From: Candidatus Woesearchaeota archaeon
GTDB taxonomy: Archaea > Nanobdellota > Nanobdellia > Woesearchaeales > ARS49
Assembly: GCA_017609645.1 (NCBI GenBank)
Contig: JAFCDQ010000002.1
Span: forward strand, 1,260 to 65,259
Direction: 5' to 3'
Length of the DNA: 64,000 nucleotides
A program made the translations under genes and the position numbers. Below, piece after piece: positions 59,001 through 64,000 of the stretch. The notes beneath the pieces were generated by a model that was not told the origin of the DNA, searched no databases, and was given only the letters and a program-made list of their open reading frames with translations. Positions within the stretch are counted from its first letter, which is position 1. Each line of letters opens with the position of its first letter.

Positions 59001-60193
59001 CCATTTTTATCAATCTTAACAACACGCCATTCTCTATCCCAATTTCCAGGAATTTGATCAAATCCAGCAATCACATAATCATTATTTTGATCAGCAATCA
59101 CAGCCTGAGCATACTCCCCATTAACAGAAGGATCCTGAGTCCAATTCCACAAAACATTACCATCACTATTTAATTTTACAACACGCCATTGACCATTACC
59201 TGTAACATCATAACCAGCAACAACATAATTATTCTCCTGATCAGCAATTACAGAATGAGCAACATCACTACCTCCTGTAGCATTCTGAGTAAAATTCCAC
59301 AACAAATTACCATTAGAATCAAGCTTTATTACACGCCATTGATCTTCACCAGGAGCCTTATCATAACCTGCAACAACATAATTTCCTTCTTGATCAACTG
59401 CAATAGACCAAATTGCATCATTAGCTCCAGAAGGATTTTGAGTAAAATTCCACAAAACATTACCATCAGAATCTAATTTAACAACACGCCATTCTTGATT
59501 CCCTGGAGAATTATCATAACCTCCTACAATATAATTATTATCCTGATCAACAGCAAGTGCTTGAATACGATCACTATCACCTGAAGCATTCTGAGTCCAA
59601 TTCCATAAAACCGTGCCATCTTTATCCATCTTTACAACACGCCACCGCTCCTCATTAGGAACTTTATCATAACCAGCAAAAACTAAATAACCTTCTTTAT
59701 CAACAATAATCTTCCTTCCACCTGGATCATTATTACCAGAAGGATTCTGAGTCCAATTAAACACTGTATAAGGCACAGTACTATCTTGAATATTAACAAC
59801 ATTAGCACCAGTCATAAAATTCTGAAAAATACAATTCTGAACTTTACTGTTATTATGAATACTCAAAACAGCTTTACCTAAACCAAGTTCATTAACAATA
59901 GTAGAACCATTACAATCTAAAACAAAAGAACCATTAAAAATAAATAATTCAAAAGTAGAATTTCTCCTATAAGTATTTGTACATAAAGTCATATTATCAA
60001 GAATCAAATATGACCTGTTTCCAAAATCAGTAATATTACCTTTCCAAGTAGTAGAATCATCCAAATCCATACAAGGACTAGCCATAATATCAAAAGAATG
60101 CAAACCAGTAATACTTGAATCAAAGAAAGGTATAACTAGAAGAAACAAAGCTATTGCTAACACTAACACAGGGATAAATTCACTAACCCTCAT
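56063..60193 (-). CDS. Giant (1376 aa) secreted surface protein with beta-helix-like and beta-propeller-like repeats and a C-terminal TM anchor
   Basis: Signal peptide. Two ~650-aa internal duplicates, each N[MI]TLC..IFNGS..NCNSSTI..SIHNNSKVQNCIF.NF.TG.NVV followed by many ~50-aa W[RV]VVK.D..GN.LWN[WF]TQNPS... blades. C-terminus LLITIFISIAAIFLLIFVIISVKRRRKRK. Confidence 0.7.
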   Translation of the reverse strand: MRVSEFIPVLVLAIALFLLVIPFFDSSITGLHSFDIMASPCMDLDDSTTWKGNITDFGNRSYLILDNMTLCTNTYRRNSTFELFIFNGSFVLDCNGSTIVNELGLGKAVLSIHNNSKVQNCIFQNFMTGANVVNIQDSTVPYTVFNWTQNPSGNNDPGGRKIIVDKEGYLVFAGYDKVPNEERWRVVKMDKDGTVLWNWTQNASGDSDRIQALAVDQDNNYIVGGYDNSPGNQEWRVVKLDSDGNVLWNFTQNPSGANDAIWSIAVDQEGNYVVAGYDKAPGEDQWRVIKLDSNGNLLWNFTQNATGGSDVAHSVIADQENNYVVAGYDVTGNGQWRVVKLNSDGNVLWNWTQDPSVNGEYAQAVIADQNNDYVIAGFDQIPGNWDREWRVVKIDKNGNTLWNWTTNPGIGAFTLDTLLDVSVDQDNNYLFTGADDSSGNDGWGVTKLDVNSNTLWNWSQNPSANSDISYSIAIDLDGNYFVAGYDSVLGGGNGEWRMVKLSPPKKVMTGVVFENVSFFNTNSTGFVGLNNASATLTNFTIGYNSTVGKITYSSLTDINGSIFTNWNIFLRPDFVSLNSSKTDAFLFNVTADIVLETNTTGCFVDLYKAKGLYTTRAGIINSGSVVYPSVKSCLGSIATFTTVNSFSGYASRFVYDGCVNLSNVSTFTSSIFNKMFNVSNDNNSFIINDNITLCRDTYENRAIHDFFIFNGSYILNCNSSTIRNYINLGSSVLSIHNNSKVQNCIFNNFATGLNVVDIQSNVMPITEWNWTQNPQAGGGEPIVAIEVDQEGYYVFFGEEDPGKQFWRMVKLNKDSNVLWNWSQNITNNDDEEQDLAIDQDNNYVVCGQQNDNEQIRVVKVSSQGVTLWNFTQDPSVGDDSAYSVAVDKDNNYIVGGSDRTPGVEQFRVIKLDSNGNVIWNYTQNPSVNHDRIKAVAVDQENNYILAGFDRVEGAADTSWRVVKITSDGTTVWNWTQNPSAGDDQIAGLAVDQDGNYVVAGYDASPGGADFQFRVVKISKAGNLIWNWTQNPSAGLDGLNDIAVDQNNNYIVVGFQNLVGDAALRAVMIDSKGNTLWNWTTNPAGGGMIDLRAAAVDLEGDYIIGGQDNSPGNRQWYAAKLSPPKKVLNNVVFENVSLFNSNSNSFVALPNASVNLSNFVFGIGASVGKIAYASLSNVNDSLFTNWNVILNNYFVSLNGSKAVSFNSPANVTLDVGSGVTYCNLNYFRAEGLPLTKAAIISIGNTFSPVYASCSEGRSIFTADSFSGYALGKKSGYSGGSSAVSDQAVSVVEQKTEEKETEVVVELPAVVAPENVEEETVETAQTNIDSAVGFNVVLSKIKSEIWEYGLLITIFISIAAIFLLIFVIISVKRRRKRK

Positions 60194-60291
60194 AAGGGGA
60201 AAAAAGCCATTTTTATTTAAAAAGAAGCGTCGTCATTTGTGAATCAGAAAAAATAAAAATTTATAAATAGAAGCAAATTTCAAACTAAATT

Positions 60292-60549
60292 ATGAGTAAA
60301 GACATAGACCAATTTCCAGATGAAAAAGAATGCTTAGAAAACGATGTAAAACATCAATTCAACGCTCTTGGCTTCTGCATATGCCAAAAAACAAAATTAG
60401 ACACTTTTCAAGCTAATTCGAACCCAGAATTAATTGATAAGATGACAGAAATAAGAAATAAAATACAATGCAGATACATTGGATTAAACATAGAAACAGC
60501 ACCTAATGGCTATTTTTATTATTTGAACTGCGAATATACAAAAAAGTAA
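60292..60549 (+). CDS. Hypothetical small Cys-containing protein
   Basis: 85-aa ORF. TTTATAAATA lies ~25 nt upstream of the ATG. Confidence 0.4.
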   Translation: MSKDIDQFPDEKECLENDVKHQFNALGFCICQKTKLDTFQANSNPELIDKMTEIRNKIQCRYIGLNIETAPNGYFYYLNCEYTKK

Positions 60550-60562
60550 AAAAAAAAATAAA

Positions 60563-60706
60563 CTACATCTTGCCAATCTTAAACATCTTAGTGCCACATT
60601 TAGAACAAGTACCTTTAACACAATCCCTGCCATTCTTCATCTTATCTTGCTTGGCATTCTTCATTTCAGTTTTTTTCCTGCATTTCATACAATATCCTTC
60701 AACCAT
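60563..60706 (-). CDS. Small zinc-ribbon protein (47 aa)
   Basis: Hand-found: MVEGYCMKCRKKTEMKNAKQDKMKNGRDCVKGTCSKCGTKMFKIGKM with a CxxC...CxxC pattern (similar to what I recall of DUF5679). GGAGGT lies 8 nt upstream. Downstream of Bud32 on the same strand. Confidence 0.5.
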   Translation of the reverse strand: MVEGYCMKCRKKTEMKNAKQDKMKNGRDCVKGTCSKCGTKMFKIGKM

Positions 60707-60784
60707 TTTGAGTTACCTCCTTCCCAAACCTTTTTTTTGATTAGTTTAGTAATAAAAACCTCTTTCTATTTATAAATATATAGC

Positions 60785-61390
60785 TTATTTCTGCTTATGC
60801 CTGCCTCTAAGCTCAACTTTTTCAAGCCTTTCAAAGACTGCCTTATAATCAGAATTTCCTTTCTTATACCCTTTTAACACATCATCAAAACACCCAGAGA
60901 AAAATTTGAAATGCCTGCTTTCCAAAGCTCTGGCCAATAAGTGAAGGTCAACAGCCTTATCTTCAGCTTTAGTTGAAAAAAAACTCAAACCAAAATCAAT
61001 GAAATAAATCTTCTTATCTTTCAAAATCATATTAGAAGTTGTAAGATCTGCATGAATAATATCATTAGCATGCATCAAACCAACCTGCTTTCCAATCTCT
61101 TCACAAAATTTCAAAGGCGCTTCATGAAAAACATCACGAAGCTTTTTGCCATCAAGAAAATCCATAGAAATCTTCATATCTTTATCATCAACTTTAATCA
61201 AATCAGGGCAAGGAATTTTAAGTTGTTTTAACTTTTCAAGAACTTTAGCTTCTCTACGAGTTCTAGATCTTCTAAGCAAGAAATCAATCTCAGGCAAACG
61301 ATACTTTCTAACATAACGATCTTTAATAATTATCCTGCCTTTTTTGAAAATCTTAGCTTCAGCACCTTGGGCTATGAGTTTCATAGTCAT
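60785..61390 (-). CDS. bud32: KEOPS complex kinase Bud32
   Basis: LIAQGAEAKIF (Gly-loop), IIHADLTTSNMI (HxDLxxxN), FIDFGLS (DFG). About 200 aa, typical of archaeal Bud32. Confidence 0.8.
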   Translation of the reverse strand: MTMKLIAQGAEAKIFKKGRIIIKDRYVRKYRLPEIDFLLRRSRTRREAKVLEKLKQLKIPCPDLIKVDDKDMKISMDFLDGKKLRDVFHEAPLKFCEEIGKQVGLMHANDIIHADLTTSNMILKDKKIYFIDFGLSFFSTKAEDKAVDLHLLARALESRHFKFFSGCFDDVLKGYKKGNSDYKAVFERLEKVELRGRHKQK

Positions 61391-61395
61391 AAGAA

Positions 61396-62082
61396 TTATT
61401 TTTTACTCTCTTGTTCAGGACCTTTAACAGGTTCTTTTGCTTCTTGAGGGCTGCTTTTGTTTTCTGGCTTTTGCTCAGCAACAAAACGAATAATATTCAT
61501 CTTCTTAGCTTTCTCAGCATCAATAATAGTCAACTGCCTTATCTCAAAAATACCAACAGGAAAAATCTTGCTAAGAGAACGCGCAATACCTGCTTGAAGT
61601 CTTCTGCCAAGAAATTCGCTCACCAAAGTACTGAAATCCTTTAGAGTAAATAATTTAGCCAGCTCAAGCCTGATTTTTTTCCTTATAGCAGTCTGAACAG
61701 AACATTGAGCCTTATTCCTCGTAATTGCAATAGGCTTTATCCTAACAAATTGCTTATCCTTAGTCATAATAACAAAACTATCATCAATTCTTGATTTATT
61801 CCTTCTAACCATCTTCTTAACAGCAGCAGGTAAAATCCTATAACCCCTCAAATCAGTCTTGTAAATGCCATCTTCAAAAGACCTGATGATAAGATTAACA
61901 TGAGTATGCTGTTTTTGAGGCTCGCCTGTAATAGTTCCAAGACCAATATTCATCTTCTTACCTATCATTATCTCAGGATCAGAAATAAAAGTCTCACCTA
62001 TGGCTGCTTCTCTCAACACAGTAGGTGCAACAAGCTTAACCCATCTCTTTTTCACAATCTTGCTACTTTTTTTAACAGCCAT
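61396..62082 (-). CDS. rps3ae: 30S ribosomal protein S3Ae
   Basis: MAVKKSSKIVKKRWVKLVAPTVL...KMNIGLG... Full-length S3Ae. Confidence 0.9.
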   Translation of the reverse strand: MAVKKSSKIVKKRWVKLVAPTVLREAAIGETFISDPEIMIGKKMNIGLGTITGEPQKQHTHVNLIIRSFEDGIYKTDLRGYRILPAAVKKMVRRNKSRIDDSFVIMTKDKQFVRIKPIAITRNKAQCSVQTAIRKKIRLELAKLFTLKDFSTLVSEFLGRRLQAGIARSLSKIFPVGIFEIRQLTIIDAEKAKKMNIIRFVAEQKPENKSSPQEAKEPVKGPEQESKK

Positions 62083-62168
62083 GAACGACGAAAAGCAGGG
62101 GTTTATTTATAAAGCTTACTGTTAGAAAAGCAACTTTTTTAAAGAAGCAGCATAAAAAAATACATATA

Positions 62169-63191
62169 ATGAACCCAGAAGAAAAATTTAATCTGATTAA
62201 GAGAAATACAGCTGAAATAGTCACAGAAGCAGAATTCAAAAAATTGCTTAAAGACAAAAAACAGCCAGCAGTCTACTGCGGATGGAGCATCACAGGAAAG
62301 CCGCACGTAGGATATTTTCTGCCTATATTAAAATTAGCAGACTTTCTAAAAGCAGGATTTAAAGTAAAATTACTTCTAGCAGATTTACACGGCGCATTAG
62401 ACAAAACACCATGGGAGCTTTTAGCAAAAAGATATGATTATTATTTGAATACAATACCTTTAATGTTCAAATGCATAGGCTCAGATACAAAAAACCTAAA
62501 AATTGTAAAGGGCAGTGACTTTCAACTAAGTGCTGATTATTCATTTGACCTGCTTAAATTATCAACAATGTCAACAATACATGATTCAAAAAAAGCAAGT
62601 TCTGATGTTGTTAAGCAAGATGAAAATCCAAAACTATCTGGGTTAATCTATCCATTAATGCAGGCATTGGATGAAGAATACTTAGACGTTGATGTACAAT
62701 ATGGCGGACTAGATCAAAGAAAAATAATGATGTTTGCAAGAGAACATCTGCCAAAAATGAAATACCCAAAAAGAATAGAAGTAATGGGACCATTAATATC
62801 AGGACTGGCAGAAGGCGGCAAAATGAGTGCAAGCATTCCTCACAGCAAAATATGTTTGCTAGACACTCCTGAACAAATAACAAAAAAATTAAACTTAGCA
62901 TTCTGCCCAGAAGGACAAGTAGAAGAAAATGGCGTTCTTGCATTGATGAAATATGTCATCATGGTGCTGAAAGAAGATAATGGAAAAGAATTTATTGTTG
63001 AAAGGCCAGCAAAGTTTGGCGGAGCAGTTAAATACAAAACATACCAAGAACTAGAAAAAGATTACGCAGCAAAAAAACTGCATCCACAGGATTTGAAAAA
63101 ATCTCTTGCAGAAGAACTTACAAAACTTTTAGAGCCAATCAGAAAAGCAATGAAAGAAAAAGAGAAATTAGTCAAGGAAGCATACCCATAA
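62169..63191 (+). CDS. tyrS: Tyrosyl-tRNA synthetase (archaeal type)
   Basis: Strong similarity to archaeal TyrRS: IKRNTAEIVTEAEF, ENPKLSGLIYPLMQ, KMSAS (KMSKS), RPAKFGG, ELHPQDLK. Confidence 0.9.
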   Translation: MNPEEKFNLIKRNTAEIVTEAEFKKLLKDKKQPAVYCGWSITGKPHVGYFLPILKLADFLKAGFKVKLLLADLHGALDKTPWELLAKRYDYYLNTIPLMFKCIGSDTKNLKIVKGSDFQLSADYSFDLLKLSTMSTIHDSKKASSDVVKQDENPKLSGLIYPLMQALDEEYLDVDVQYGGLDQRKIMMFAREHLPKMKYPKRIEVMGPLISGLAEGGKMSASIPHSKICLLDTPEQITKKLNLAFCPEGQVEENGVLALMKYVIMVLKEDNGKEFIVERPAKFGGAVKYKTYQELEKDYAAKKLHPQDLKKSLAEELTKLLEPIRKAMKEKEKLVKEAYP

Positions 63192-63192
63192 A

Positions 63193-64000
63193 TCATTTCT
63201 TTTTCTTATGATGACTTCTAATATCGAAGAAAGCAGCAACACCCATAACAACTAATCCTAGAGAAACAACAGCTGCAAACACATTCATAGGATTAAAAAC
63301 TCTTCGCGTCTGAACAGTCATTTCAGATTCTGGCGCTTGGAGAGCTAAACTCTGAACAGCCTGATCTGTCTGAGTAGTTTCTGCTTGCGTTTCTGTAGCA
63401 ATAGCTATTGTTGTTGGCGTATCACGTACAGCAGGTCTTTGAACCACCTCTTGTTGTTCAGTATCTACCTCTTGACGTGGATTTCTTTTATCAACATCTC
63501 TTTCTTGATTGTAAACAGGAATATTATTCACAACAGGCACAGGAATTATAGAAATATTTTGTATTACTTGAATAAGTCCATCTTGAGTAGAATAATTCAC
63601 AACAAAAACATAAATTTTTGCAACACTGCATTTAGCAGTCCAAGATTCGAAAACAAAATTAGTTGCATTCAAATCCCCTTTATCATAATGCTCTGAACCA
63701 TTTGTTAAATTACAATTAATTTTATCATAATCCAAACTTACTACAATATTCTCACACCAATCCTTCATACAAACTGCTGAAGAATTAAAATCAAATTCCT
63801 CGTCAACAAAAGCATCATCAGCTAAATTAATTATTGAATCTCCCAGCACTCCTTGAGAATAATTCAAAGTAAAAAAGACTTGAGAAGAATTAACATTATA
63901 AGTCAAATCATCAGCAAAAACAATAACAGAATAATCAGCATCAGCACTAACATCAGGAATATTTATTAAACCATTATTACATCCTGCAAGAGTTTGATTA
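63193..64000 (-). CDS. Partial (5' end beyond window) secreted surface protein with C-terminal TM anchor + KKKK tail
   Basis: The frame stays open upstream of the track's TTG start (63906) to the window end (no in-frame stop). C-terminus AAVVSLGLVVMGVAAFFDIRSHHKKKK. Thr/Gln-rich linker. Confidence 0.55.
   Translation of the reverse strand, partial: NQTLAGCNNGLINIPDVSADADYSVIVFADDLTYNVNSSQVFFTLNYSQGVLGDSIINLADDAFVDEEFDFNSSAVCMKDWCENIVVSLDYDKINCNLTNGSEHYDKGDLNATNFVFESWTAKCSVAKIYVFVVNYSTQDGLIQVIQNISIIPVPVVNNIPVYNQERDVDKRNPRQEVDTEQQEVVQRPAVRDTPTTIAIATETQAETTQTDQAVQSLALQAPESEMTVQTRRVFNPMNVFAAVVSLGLVVMGVAAFFDIRSHHKKKK

Noticed and set aside
1-64000. Looked for a CRISPR array (regular 25-40-nt direct repeats with spacers) and for cas, integrase, transposase or reverse-transcriptase genes
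   Set aside because: No regularly spaced repeat array is visible. The only short direct repeats are the tRNA-Leu 3' fragments and the 21-nt upstream motif. No ORF shows integrase, transposase or RT motifs.

Overview
This 64 kb window is AT-rich (roughly 30-35% GC by eye) and archaeal. It carries archaeal ribosomal proteins (L15e, L10e, L31e, L39e, S19e, S3Ae), family B DNA polymerase, Bud32 (KEOPS kinase), archaeal-type TyrRS, deoxyhypusine synthase, AMP phosphorylase, archaeal class III (type IV pilin-like) signal peptides, and tRNAs with canonical-position introns. Dense packing, many overlapping stop/start codons, frequent TATA boxes about 25 nt upstream of start codons (leaderless-type) and many giant surface proteins point to a small-genome DPANN-like archaeon. 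Standard genetic code (TGA is a stop). I count about 75 protein-coding genes, 4 tRNAs (Leu-CAA and Leu-TAA with introns, Thr-GGT, Val-GAC), no rRNA, no CRISPR array and no recognisable integrase or transposase. Both window edges cut through large surface-protein genes (1..2722 and 63193..64000, both on the minus strand); the ORF track shows only complete ORFs there. The ORF track also uses TTG/GTG starts, so several listed starts were moved to internal ATGs that have Shine-Dalgarno or TATA support. The most notable non-standard signals are: (i) tandem degenerate copies of the tRNA-Leu(TAA) 3' end directly downstream of the intact tRNA; (ii) a 21-nt direct repeat sitting upstream of both a minimal Pol-beta nucleotidyltransferase and an Arg/Ser-repeat zinc-ribbon protein; (iii) a pilin-like operon; (iv) a PadR/MacB-type ABC/FtsX locus next to a Cys-rich acidic secreted protein, with a perfect palindrome over the PadR promoter; (v) a HEPN-MNT pair followed by decayed ORF fragments; (vi) L31e with a long Lys/Glu/Pro repeat tail. 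No complete, obviously novel multi-gene system could be proven from sequence alone; candidates are flagged with explicit tests.
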